A DNA stretch of 63,865 nt, counting the filler, from Stramenopiles sp. TOSAG23-2 (Eukaryota), in the NCBI GenBank assembly GCA_900128395.1. It is 27 parts of 27 records of this genome, joined end to end, with 100 filler letters (N's around TTAATTAATTAA, not from the genome) between each part and the next. Parts side by side here need not be neighbours in the genome. Positions count along the whole stretch, not along the records: positions 14,292 to 16,570 come from LT651875.1; positions 16,671 to 18,949 come from LT651876.1; positions 19,050 to 21,327 come from LT651877.1; positions 21,428 to 23,702 come from LT651878.1; positions 23,803 to 26,075 come from LT651879.1; 22 more parts are not named here. One strand, written 5' to 3'. The position numbers and the translations under genes are program-made. Shown piece after piece: positions 14,192 to 26,175 of the stretch. Under the pieces are notes generated by a model that worked only from the letters and a program-made list of their open reading frames with translations, searched no databases and had not been told where the DNA came from. Each line of letters begins with the position of its first letter. The stretch's first letter is position 1.

Positions 14192-14854
14192 NNNNNNNNN
14201 NNNNNNNNNNNNNNNNNNNNNNNNNNNNNNNNNNNTTAATTAATTAANNNNNNNNNNNNNNNNNNNNNNNNNNNNNNNNNNNNNNNNNNNNATCTCAATA
14301 TCCTGAATTAGGCTTGGGATATAGTGGTAAAAATTAAAAATGATGTTCAATAAAATCTAAGTTATCATACAAAATAATTTTATTACTTCCGTGCTAATTA
14401 AATAAAATGAAAAAAAAATAATTGGTGCACCAGTATCACTTTTTTTAGACGACGACTTTTACGAGGAGCGTATACCTTTGTTATACTAATCGTATAGTAG
14501 AACTCTGGACCCAATAGATTTTTCTTGCCAATATCCTGTAACCCGCTTTCTTCTCCCATCACCACACATAAAATACTTGTAATAATACACATATCATATC
14601 AAAAATAATAATAATAATTGCAAAATAATTTATTATAATTAATAATAGATTTTATTTATATCATATACTATATATTATTGTACTGTGTGTATAGTTATAT
14701 ATTAGAAAATATAGTTTATTATAGATCAACTATTATATCCGATCACATATACTTTCTGTCACATAGTTACACAGTGCTTCTTTACACCCCCGAAACGAGG
14801 ATATACATATTAATTTTGTGACACAATACGTTTTAAAACAACAAAAACAACAAT

Positions 14855-16483
14855 ATGTTTTTAAAAGCAATAAATAAAACGATGAAAATTCGTTCTTTAA
14901 TGATGTTAAATAAATCATCATCTCAGCGTGTATTATCGACTATGCCAACACCTTCAGCAATTAAAGCAACTTTTGCGAAAACACTTGAGGAGGAAAACAG
15001 GCTTGCCAATCTTGGTGGTGGGGAAAAACGTATTGAAAATCAACATAAGAAAGGTAAATTAACTGCAAGAGAAAGATTGGAATTGTTATTAGACGATGGT
15101 TCTTTCCGAGAGTATGATAAATTAAAATCCCATCGTTGTACTGACTTTGGTATGGAAAGTCAACAACATCCAGGTGATGGTGTAGTTACTGGACATGGTA
15201 AAATCAACGGAAGACCTTGTTATGTCTTTTCACAAGATTTTACGGTTTTTGGCGGCAGTCTTTCAGAAACACATGCAGAGAAAATCATGAAAGTCATGGA
15301 TAAAGCAATGCAAAATGGTGTTCCAGTTATTGGTCTAAATGATTCTGGTGGTGCACGTATCCAAGAAGGTGTTGCTTCTCTTGGTGGCTATGCTGATGTA
15401 TTTCAAGCCAACGTATTGGCATCAGGTGTAATCCCACAAATTTCCATGATTATGGGTCCATGCGCTGGCGGTGCCGTTTATTCCCCAGCAATGACAGATT
15501 TCATCTTCATGGTGGAGGATACCTCTTATATGTTTGTTACAGGGCCAGATGTAGTGAAAACGGTAACACATGAGGAAGTTACACAAGAGGAATTAGGAGG
15601 TGCAAAAACGCATACATCGAAAAGTGGTGTTGCTCATGGTGCATTTGGAAATGATGTCGAAGCATTGAGGGAACTGAGGCGTTTTTATGAATTTATTCCT
15701 ATGAACAATCAAGCAGGTGTTCCAAAAAAGGACGGTTCATTGGATTCACGAGATAGAAACGTGCCGTTGCTAGACAATATTGTACCAGATGATCCAAATG
15801 TTCCATATGATATGAAATTAATCGTTCAAGGTATTGTGGACGATGGGGATTTCTTTGAAATCATGAAAGATTATGCAAAAAATATTATAGTTGGTTTTGC
15901 ACGCATGGAGGGGAAAACGGTTGGTATTGTAGGTAACCAACCAAATCAATTGGCTGGATGTTTGGACATTGATTCTAGTACAAAAGGTGCCAGGTTCGTT
16001 CGTTTTTGCGATGCATTTAATATTCCAATAGTTACCTTTGTAGATGTGCCAGGATTTTTACCAGGAACAGCTCAGGAATATGGTGGTATTATTCGCCAAG
16101 GTGCAAAATTATTGTATGCATATGCAGAGGCAACTGTGCCTAAATTGACCGTAATTACGCGTAAAGCATATGGTGGCGCGTACGATGTTATGTCCTCTAA
16201 ACATTTAAGAGGGGATGTAAATTATGCATGGCCAGGAGCTGAAGTTGCTGTAATGGGTGCTAAAGGTGCGGTGGAAATTATTTTCCGTGGTGAGAATGTA
16301 GAAGAAAATACATTAGAGTATACGGAAAAATTCGCAAATCCACTTAGTGCAGCTAGACGTGGTTTCGTGGACGACATTATCTTGCCGCATACAACACGTA
16401 CACGTATCTGTGAAGATTTGGAATTATTGGAAAATAAAGAAATGAAAAATCCATATAAGAAACATGGTAATATTCCATTGTAA
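14855..16483 (+). CDS. PCCB: Propionyl-CoA carboxylase beta chain, mitochondrial
   Basis: [60 protein letters not shown] and KKHGNIPL, with a transit-peptide-like N-terminus. Confidence 0.97.
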   Translation: MFLKAINKTMKIRSLMMLNKSSSQRVLSTMPTPSAIKATFAKTLEEENRLANLGGGEKRIENQHKKGKLTARERLELLLDDGSFREYDKLKSHRCTDFGMESQQHPGDGVVTGHGKINGRPCYVFSQDFTVFGGSLSETHAEKIMKVMDKAMQNGVPVIGLNDSGGARIQEGVASLGGYADVFQANVLASGVIPQISMIMGPCAGGAVYSPAMTDFIFMVEDTSYMFVTGPDVVKTVTHEEVTQEELGGAKTHTSKSGVAHGAFGNDVEALRELRRFYEFIPMNNQAGVPKKDGSLDSRDRNVPLLDNIVPDDPNVPYDMKLIVQGIVDDGDFFEIMKDYAKNIIVGFARMEGKTVGIVGNQPNQLAGCLDIDSSTKGARFVRFCDAFNIPIVTFVDVPGFLPGTAQEYGGIIRQGAKLLYAYAEATVPKLTVITRKAYGGAYDVMSSKHLRGDVNYAWPGAEVAVMGAKGAVEIIFRGENVEENTLEYTEKFANPLSAARRGFVDDIILPHTTRTRICEDLELLENKEMKNPYKKHGNIPL

Positions 16484-17722
16484 ATGTGTTGCAATTGATA
16501 TATTAATGGTTAAAATCTAAGTTATAATAATTTTACACTTCTCGTGTTAAGTAATATGCTCAATACTCAANNNNNNNNNNNNNNNNNNNNNNNNNNNNNN
16601 NNNNNNNNNNNNNNTTAATTAATTAANNNNNNNNNNNNNNNNNNNNNNNNNNNNNNNNNNNNNNNNNNNNAGCAACAACAATAACTTTACCAGATAAATC
16701 CTATATAAGATACGTAATATATGATGATGATATATATATATATTGTTAGCTATATTATTTCTTATTTATATTATTTTGTAATAGATGATGTATCAAGTAG
16801 GTATATATAGATACAATTGGTTGTCATATGATAGCTGCAATTCTATATTTGACATCCATATCAATATCTATCTATATATATATATATACACATATCTTAA
16901 ATTTATAATATACTTACACAAAATTGACTATTGGTTGATAATGCCCGTTTCGTCGTTGTATTAATTAATTTCGACGTAATTCGTTTTGTTAATATATTTG
17001 ATAACATGTTTTGATAATATAATATATATATATATGTATATTTGTTAATTAATTCTGTTTTTAATTGTAAATAAGTAAATAATAATAATTGATTTGAATA
17101 CTATAGAATATGTGTTTGTTTTGTTTTCTTTTGTTTTCCCCTTATTCCTATGGCCATTATTTATTGAAGTATATGTGTGGATACCAAAAGCCGGAGGACG
17201 AGAATGGTATAAAAAACGGTCCAAGAAGGCTTCTTTGAAAGGAAAAAAAGACAAAAGGAAAAAGGTGTTTTGTAAAAGTTATTTAAACAATTTTTTTTGT
17301 AAGGAGTGTGTGTTATTTATTAAAATGTTTAACCTCTTGCCTGATAAACATATATACATACAAACTGCTACGCGTACAATTTTTTAATCTCTCATTTACA
17401 ATTTTAACGGTGTGGCTTCCACGCTTCTATATACTCTGTATATCATATATATATATATGTTTTATTTAATATTTCTATACCATGGTTTATTTTGCATTTA
17501 AATTCTTTGAAACACCTTTTGTACCATCTTTAGAATATACGTGTAATATATATGAGTAGTGGTATGAAATTAGATCATGTTAGTTGTTGTTGTTATTATT
17601 ATTTGTTTGAATCATATGCACTATATATATATATATATACACACATATATGACATATACTTACATGGACTTTTTGCATTATCAATACGTTTTGCTAAAAA
17701 AGTATCTAAATTTTTAGTGATA

Positions 17723-17975
17723 TTTCTTCCCAAAATGTGTCCCGACGCCCGACGTCCGACGTCCCGATAAGTGAAATCCAGGAAATAAGAAGGAAGAACG
17801 AATTTGGTTTGGTTTGTATTGATATTATTAGCTTTTATCATCAGATAGAGTGCTAGAAACATAATAAAACATATTTTGACCTCATTTCTTCCCAAAATGT
17901 GTCCCGACGTCCCGACAGAGAGAATAATAAGTGAAATCAGAAATAAGAAATAAGAAGGAATTTGGTTTGGTTTGA
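17723..17975. repeat. Imperfect ~160-bp direct repeat, 2 copies, non-coding
   Basis: atttcttcccaaaatgtgtcccgacg...ataagtgaaatc...aagaaggaa...tttggtttggtttg near 17723 and 17884. Confidence 0.8.
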
Positions 17976-18732
17976 ATTGATTATTAACTTTTATGCTTTT
18001 ATCAACAAATAGACACATAATAAACGAATTTTTAAAATGTGTGGGGGAATTCTGTGTAGCAAATGTATACTAAGCGTCAACGGTTGCCTAGCATGTACAT
18101 TCCTCAATCCCGATACCATTAAGTACAAATATGCTACCTAAGAGCACGCTAGCAATACGAACTTTCCGTGACTCTTCGACTCTTCGACCCCGGACAAAAA
18201 AAAAGGGGGGGAAGGTCATTTTACAAGATTATATCTGTAAAATCCAATGCTATTACCCCATTATCCATACGTATATATGATGGACAATTCCACCAAAATA
18301 ACATTAAACAAACAAAGTAGGAAAGGTCTGAAAATGTTGTTTGGGAATGATTTAATCTAAGTACAACATATATTTACATTTAACATATACACAATATATA
18401 ATATATTAGTATACGATAAAACACACCTACCAACTTTTCACATAAAAAAATTCAAAAAAAACAAAAACCAAAAAAAAAAACAACTAGAAAAAATACAACT
18501 TAAGGCTTCAGATATATATATCAAACCACATTGTAAGTTCATAATACATACATATGTATATATACATTTATATATTTTACAGTTGAAATATAACAGAAAA
18601 ATAATATAATACATAATCACGTTTAAATACAACGGTTTTTGTGTTTGTGTTTTTGTTGAATGTTATTATAAATTATTTTTTTATAAATTTTAAAATTTAG
18701 CATTTTAAAAGAAAGTAAATTTTGTAATAGTA

Positions 18733-18949
18733 ATGGCAACATCATATATACAAAAGAAACAATTGAAAGTATTGAATATTCTTTTGATAATATTCGTATC
18801 ACAATATATTCTAGTATTAGTCGTTGGTGGTAAAGGTGATACTTGTAAACCTGGTGAAGGTCGTGGATATCCAGATATTCGTACATCTGGTTCTGCATCA
18901 CAATGTAGTGGTATATCTAAAATAACAACAGAAGCAGAATGTAAATTAG
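18733..18949 (+). CDS. Secreted Cys-containing protein, N-terminal fragment
   Basis: Signal-peptide-like VLNILLIIFVSQYILVLVVG followed by TCKPGEG...ITTEAEC. Open at the contig end. Confidence 0.6.
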
Positions 18950-19049
18950 NNNNNNNNNNNNNNNNNNNNNNNNNNNNNNNNNNNNNNNNNNNNTTAATTA
19001 ATTAANNNNNNNNNNNNNNNNNNNNNNNNNNNNNNNNNNNNNNNNNNNN

Positions 19050-19868
19050 CATATCTAATTTAATTGCTGGATTGGTTGCCTCCTTATCTACATAATCAAA
19101 AAATTGAAAACAAAATGCACAAACTCTTGTCATCTCATATGCCCTACAACCTCCATTTCTCATCAAATGTGGTATTGTATCTTTAACGGGTACTTTAACA
19201 TCAACTTTGTAATTTCGTTCTTCGTTTTTCTTGTTATTTTTTTCCCGCAACCTTGCTATAGACATTCTAGATACACCACCTGGTAAATTATCTAACTCAA
19301 ACATTTGTCGGCAATAGCCACATCTTTCTTTTTTTATTTTTACTTTTCTTCCATTAATCATTCCAGGTTGTGATTTCTTCTTTCTTTCATTTTTTTTATT
19401 TCGTTGATCCACTTTTAAGATTTCAATGGGGCGTATGGATCCATCCCCTAACCGTACCATACGCCAAGAAGTTTCATTACGATAAGTAGTTAAATTCAAT
19501 GTTTCCCATTCGCGTTCATCATTTATTTGGGATAATGAATTTTTCCGTTCTCGTTCCTCTCGTTGTGCAGATGGTGATTGTGGTTTTCTTGATGATGGAT
19601 TTGGAGATAGATCTTCATTTAACATTTTACTATCTAAATTAAAACTTGTTGGTGTATATTTAAACCATTGTCTTGGTGGTGGTTTCTTTACATCATAAAA
19701 CATCGTATTTCGATTGTGTGCCATGGCTTCACTTACACGTCGTTGGGATGCACCACCTACTGAACTTAGCATACCAAATGCATGTATAACAGATAAATAT
19801 TCTTCTTTTGATAACGAAGCTTTTTTACAACCTTTACGTTTTTTTGTTTGTATCACTACACGTCCCAT
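19050..19868 (-). CDS. Hypothetical basic protein with a putative C4 zinc site, 3' partial
   Basis: CGYC...CAFC pairs in a 270+ aa ORF. Confidence 0.65.
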
Positions 19869-20665
19869 ATTTATTTTTTTTTATTTTTAAATAATGTTAT
19901 AATCAAACTTTAAATGTATTGTCTTTTATATATACATATATGTGTTTCTTTTCCATGTAATCTTGTCTGTTGATAAAATTATATTTAAAAAAGGATTGAT
20001 AAACGATACAGTTGCGGTCAATCTGTTGTAATCTACTTTTATAAATGTGTGTTCGGGTGCATGTAACCAATGTAACCGCTAAAAATATAATAATTATTCA
20101 TACGATTTTGATGATCTCCGCCGCCGCCATGTACCGTATTGTTCTCATAGGCATATAGTATACCTGGTATAGTTTTTCTGAGGAGAAGGTTTTTATGGAC
20201 AAAGAGATAAGGTGGTTTTTGTTGTCTCTCCTCTCTCCTCCTACTAAAATCATATATAAGACTACAATTTTTCCTATCATATTTTATTACCATAGACATA
20301 CAATTGGTTAAAGACTCAAATACCTTGCCAGCAGGCCAGCCCTGGGCCAGCTGGGCCAGCTGGGCCAGAGCCCTCCCAAATTTTAGTCGAACATGAATAT
20401 CTAATATGTAGTTGCCCTCCGCCTCCAGCCCTATATTCACCTGCTGCTAAATTTTTGGTTTTCAAGTTTTGGATATTCCTAATATGCACACATATGCACA
20501 TCAAGTATTATCCATATGGACTAAATAAATAAGTGCATATAAGTCCAATAAGTGCATGCAGAAAAGAAGAAGAAAGTTATAAGTTATTATTTATTATCAA
20601 TAAAAGCAATTTATATATATATATTATACAACAACGAAAAAGAAGAAAAGAGGAGCTTAAGAAAA

Positions 20666-21327
20666 ATGAATCGTATAATCAAGTTATTCATCACGATTTT
20701 AGTAGTAATTTCTATTATTACACATGTTACTGTCGTTGATGCAAAAAAACACCCAAAAATTCCAAAGAAAACCATTGACGAGAAAATGGATGTAAAGAAA
20801 GATATGGAAAAAAAAGCTGGTAAAGCTGGAAAAGAATGTTTTGAGGATACTAGCAAAAATGAAGCACAAAAGAAAAAATGCTCGTTAGACAAAACAAAGG
20901 AAGAAATGAAGAAATTAAAGGGTGAAAATGTTACAGACACGGAAGCAGAGGAAATGTTATTACAAGCTGGTAAAGACCGGGCAGCTGCTGTCATTAAAAA
21001 CTGCACACGGGATGCTAGTAATACTAACGCAAAGAAATTATGTTTCACTGATTCACTGACGGCAGCAAAGGAAGCTTGCAAAGAATATAATGGTGGAGAT
21101 GATTGTTCCAATACAGAAATAATGGAAGGTATAAAAGATTTGACTGTAAAAGATGTTCAGGATAAAGTTTCCAGTTGTACTAAAAAAAAAACCACTAAAG
21201 CTGAAAAAGAAAATTGTAGAAAAAATAAGCAAACAGAGTTGAAAAAAGATATTGCAGATTCACTCGGAAAAAGTAAAGAGAATATTAAAGATAGCGAAGT
21301 ACAGGAAGTAATCAAGAAAGGTGCTAA
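20666..21327 (+). CDS. Secreted Lys/Cys-rich repeat protein, 3' partial
   Basis: Signal peptide MNRIIKLFITILVVISIITHVTVVDA and repeated C...KKKC...DTE motifs. Confidence 0.7.
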
Positions 21328-22284
21328 NNNNNNNNNNNNNNNNNNNNNNNNNNNNNNNNNNNNNNNNNNNNTTAATTAATTAANNNNNNNNNNNNNNNNN
21401 NNNNNNNNNNNNNNNNNNNNNNNNNNNTTGTTTTATCTTTCTTTATTCTATCTATCTATCTATTTTACTATTATCTATTATTAAAAAATCGATCGAAATT
21501 TCTAACTGTAATAATATAATTTATTCAACACAACAAAAGCATCACTCCACTATTTTTTTCCAGATTTATCAACTTCATTGAAAATGAGAATCGGCAAATA
21601 TCCATATATTACAACATTTCGATCCCAGAAAAATGATGGCAAATATTTTAAAATTTTTTTCGTTAGATTAATTCCGGTATAGGTAATTTTAAGGATTATT
21701 ATAACTTCTTTTTTTAGTTCTTAAACCAAAACAGTCGAACAAATTACCAGAATGGGAATAAATGGAAATTAATGTTAAAAAATGGTACATAGTAGATACT
21801 AAGTACTATTCTAGTAGATACTAAGTACTATTCTTCTTAGTCTATTGATACTTTGTAGTATCATCTTTACTCATTATTTCGGATATTTTTACTCATTATT
21901 TCGTATATTTTCACAAATATATTTAATTTCTTAAAACAACAACACAACAACAACAAAAAAATAAATACAAATAAAACGTTTGGTATGTTCGTTCATTCTT
22001 ACAGTGTGGTAAGAGTGAAGATGATATCATTAACAAGGCTTTGTTAAATTTAAGGAAAATTAAAATATGATACAAAATATAAAAATTATTTTTGAAGGGA
22101 TACTATTGAAATTATACTACAAAATGGAAAAATTATAAAAAAAAAAAAAAAAACCTTGTTTACAATTTTTGATACGGTTGGCCAGTCCTCTCTGGGTTGG
22201 CCTCTTTTTACGAGGAACTTTATGGTAAGAAGACCACAACACTTGAGGATATTGTATAAGAGAATGACCATATCACTTGAGGAT

Positions 22285-23117
22285 ACAGTAAGTAAATATG
22301 CGGATATTTTTTACATTCTACATATCATAAATCAAAACAACAAAAAAAAAATTTCCTTTTCGACTTATAAATTTAACGCAGGCATGTCGTTTACTATTGA
22401 CATACCACTGGTGGTATGATTAGAAATTTACGAAAAAACGAAGCTGTAATTTAGATTAATGGAAATTTGTTGGTGGGATAATAATTTATCATAATAAATT
22501 CACATACAAGTACTTGTTCATACCGTATACAAGGAGGTTTTGTCACCGACCTTGTAGACAAGCCTTCTTTTACGAGTACACACAGTAAGTAAATATGCGG
22601 ATATTTTTTACATTCTACATATCATAAATCAAAACAACAAAAAAAAAATTTCCTTTTCGACTTATAAATTTAACGCAGGCATGTCGTTTACTATTGACAT
22701 ACCACTGGTGGTATGATTAGAAATTTACGAAAAAACGAAGCTGTAATTTAGATTAATGGAAATTTGTTGGTGGGATAATAATTTATCATAATAAATTCAC
22801 ATACAAGTACTTGTTCATACCGTATACAAGGAGGTTTTGTCACCGACCTTGTAGACAAGCCTTCTTTTACGAGTACACACAGTAAGTAAATATGCGGATA
22901 TTTTTTACATTCTACATATCATAAATCAAAACAACAAAAAAAAAAATTTCCTTTTCGACTTATAAATTTAACGCAGGCATGTCGTTTACGATTGACATAC
23001 CACTGGTGGTATGATTGTAAATTGACTGATGTTTTTCCATACCATTTTTTCGTAAAGAACAAAAAACGAAGCTGTATTTTAGATTAATGGAAATTTGTTG
23101 GTGGGATAATAATTTAT
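22285..23117. repeat. 297-bp tandem repeat, about 2.8 near-identical copies
   Basis: acagtaagtaaatatgcgg starts at 22285, 22582 and 22879. Confidence 0.95.
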
Positions 23118-23584
23118 TAAATTCTACTTTTATTCTTCTCTCTCTCTCTCTCTCTCAATACATGTATGAAATCAATTTTCACACAAATTTCAATTCGTTT
23201 TTTAATAATACTAGTATTATTTATAAATCGATCGTACCAGGCGGCCTACCACTTGTCAGGGTACTGGCAAGGAAAATCTCTGGTGTCCAGAGTAACCTGG
23301 TGGTAGCTACCACCTGGTGGTTGGAGGTAGAGGATTTTATGTAGTATCCAAATTTGAAAAGTACATGTATCTGTATACTAACTTAAACTAGCAGCCTATT
23401 AATAACCACTTGTATTAGCACAAATTTACCTCTGGAACCACCCATTACTCCCAAATATATCCTGTATAATTGGATACACGCGGAAGATCAATCAATAGAC
23501 TAGACTAGATAGTCCTAACTAAATAGATATAGATATATACATTTACAAACATATATATATATATATATACATACATACACAACC

Positions 23585-23702
23585 ATGGCGTCGATTACTA
23601 CCAAACCGCCACCTGCAAAACGACAACGTCGCACGTCGTTAAAACCGGCAACGATTGAAGGGTTAAAACAAAAACGAGCACCACCACCTATTAAGATTGG
23701 TA
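23585..23702 (+). CDS. N-terminus of a multicopy NLS-bearing protein (paralog of 47247)
   Basis: MASITTKPPPAKRQRRTSLKPATIEGLKQKRAPPPIKIG, open at the contig end. Confidence 0.7.
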
Positions 23703-23861
23703 NNNNNNNNNNNNNNNNNNNNNNNNNNNNNNNNNNNNNNNNNNNNTTAATTAATTAANNNNNNNNNNNNNNNNNNNNNNNNNNNNNNNNNNNNNNNNNN
23801 NNTAAAAATTTAATTCGTTCTTTCATTTTAATAGTATTGATATGTATGATTGTATTACTAA

Positions 23862-24242
23862 TTGAAAATTATGTTATCTATGGAATTAACGGAAAGCATT
23901 AATGCGGGATTAGTTGAAAGTATACCAAATGAAGAGCTTCATCAAAAAATTGGACAGAGAACAGCACGTCTATTGACAAGACCATTGAATCATATATTAT
24001 CAAGATCTTTGTCCCATGCCATTGTCCCTTCGTTATTACATACATTATCACACAATCCATTACAAGATTTTTATTGCTATTATTGTTATCATCATAAAGC
24101 ATATTGCCAATATTGTACATATGCACCATCGCAAGTATATTATGCAACGTATTATGCTGGATTCTACAGTAATTATTACAGTGATTATTATGCGAATGCA
24201 ATGTTGCGGCAATTGAAGCATTTTAGTGATGATGAAGATTAG
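23862..24242 (+). CDS. Terminal exon of a hypothetical protein with a Tyr/Cys-rich C-terminus
   Basis: YCYYCYHHKAYCQYC...YYATYYAGFYSNYYSDYY. The 5' end is unclear. Confidence 0.55.
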   Translation: MKIMLSMELTESINAGLVESIPNEELHQKIGQRTARLLTRPLNHILSRSLSHAIVPSLLHTLSHNPLQDFYCYYCYHHKAYCQYCTYAPSQVYYATYYAGFYSNYYSDYYANAMLRQLKHFSDDED

Positions 24243-24276
24243 TAACAAGAGTAGATGTGTGTGAAAAAAAAATTTA

Positions 24277-24870
24277 TACGAACTCCCATTTATGGATCAG
24301 GTGATGATTCTCCATTTAAAGTTGTGGAATTTGGATCTATTGCCTGCTATTGCTGAAACCCTAGCAAATCCGATTTATTTTGTAGTCTAATTACTACAAA
24401 AAAACTTTGAAAAAAATATATATATTTACCCAATATTACCGAAATAATGAAAATATAGAAAATTTATAAAATACATATAAATCCAATAAATTTCACATTA
24501 TTGAATTTACCTATAAATGCTATATATTTTGTACAAAATCACTACAAACATAATATTATACATACTATTGTATATATTAAGGTATATATTTCCAATATAA
24601 TAAAGTTTTATTGTTTTACTTTATATTTTTAATATCCAAATACATCAAATATTCGACTAAAATGACTATTTTAGTACATTAAATAGCACTAGATGATTTA
24701 AATATCCGATTTTGTCAATTTATTTGTGGATTGATAATAATTTACGAACGGCAAAACGTAATATATTTTGGGAGTGCAGTGTAAATTATCATAGTAGGCA
24801 GTTACCATTAAACTATTCGAGGCACCTTTAAATGGAGAATCATCACCTGATCCCTAAATGGGAGTTCGTA
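24277..24870. mobile_element. MITE with ~45-bp TIRs and TA target-site duplication
   Basis: 24275-24321 and 24826-24872 are reverse complements with one mismatch. AT-rich non-coding interior. Confidence 0.88.
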
Positions 24871-25014
24871 TAAGCTATAACACATAAAGACGACAACTAT
24901 TTTATACTTCGTATATCTCGATAATTCTTTTTACTTTTTAAATATATAAAATCGCCTAAAATATACGATCGTAATATATACGAGTCGTATCATACGCATC
25001 ATGTACACTATGCA

Positions 25015-25372
25015 TCAATCATTGTTGGTCATTTCAATAGTAGATGTGGTCTCAGAAGGTAAATTTTTTTTCTCACTCACAGGAGTTAAAAGATGTTCCA
25101 ACGGCTTTTCTAATTTTAACATTTTTGGGATATATAAAAGCATTACGTTAAGGGTTGCTCCGATAAATATACCCAATGATTCTACAACAATAATTCTATG
25201 AGGATATTGTGAAACTCGTCCACTTTCTAAGATATAGATGCCAATAAATAAGGAAATGACGAAAGTATTGTACATAATTGCAGCGATAACTTTACTTTCA
25301 CTAAAACGAGAATCAATATGATAACAACAACAACAACAACAATATTACTACTGTCAGCATCGTTAAATTCAT
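25015..25372 (-). pseudogene. Class C (GABA-B-like, 7tm_3) GPCR remnant: signal peptide joined out of frame to TM6-TM7
   Basis: HIDSRFSESKVIAAIMYN...LLYIPKM is the class C TM6/TM7 signature. The upstream ATG at 25372 gives MNLTMLTVVILLLLLLLSY*. Confidence 0.7.
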
Positions 25373-25954
25373 TTTTAATTCTATTTAATTTGCAATTAAC
25401 ACACACAGTAGTTAGTATGTTACGTATCTTTTACTATTATTGATTCTCTTCACACCGAATCTAAATGTAAAAAATAAAATTAAAAATATGATAGTTTTTG
25501 ATATATATATGTCCATATCCTATATTATTGTTACGGTTTAGGTTGTTGTTTTTTTTTTAATAATAATAATAATAAAAATGTGGTGGTCCTGCTGAGTGAA
25601 GGGCACAAGGGTGTGCCAGGTGTGTTTTGTTGTGTGTTTTGAGTCATTCGAGTTTCGAGGTCGAAAATATTATTGATAGGTACTTTTTTGGTAATCTAAT
25701 ACTATACTCAATACAAATAAGAATACAAAATAATGGCAGTTAGAATTTATATATATTTTGCCTTTTTGAGAAAAATAAAATGCACACAAGAACAAAAAAT
25801 ATATTATTTGAAACTACAAATGGAAAAGATAAGTAAAAGAAAGGTGCTAATATATATATATAACCATTACTTTTAACCATATCAAGTGTAACTAATAAAA
25901 CATTTTTTCAAACAAATATACATATACATACATACAGATAAATAGCAAAATATC

Positions 25955-26075
25955 ATGGATTTTGATAAATTAGAAGCAAAAATAGCTTCTATATCCAGAT
26001 TAAGTTCACAAACAAATGACTTTAATAATACCAGTGACGTTAACTCAAGTATATATACAAGTGAATATACCACTG
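25955..26075 (+). CDS. Hypothetical protein, N-terminal fragment
   Basis: MDFDKLEAKIASISRLSSQTNDFNN..., open at the contig end. Confidence 0.45.
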
Positions 26076-26175
26076 NNNNNNNNNNNNNNNNNNNNNNNNN
26101 NNNNNNNNNNNNNNNNNNNTTAATTAATTAANNNNNNNNNNNNNNNNNNNNNNNNNNNNNNNNNNNNNNNNNNNN

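Noticed and set aside
17094-18018. Short ORFs in AT-rich regions (also 3105-3613, 32536-33110, 38099-38693, 47120-47305)
   Set aside because: Low-complexity Ile/Tyr/Phe translations of TA microsatellites and repeats, with no protein-like signal.
22285-23117. Possible snRNA, spliced-leader or 5S array
   Set aside because: No recognisable U1/U2/U5/U6 or 5S motifs. Kept only as an unexplained tandem repeat.
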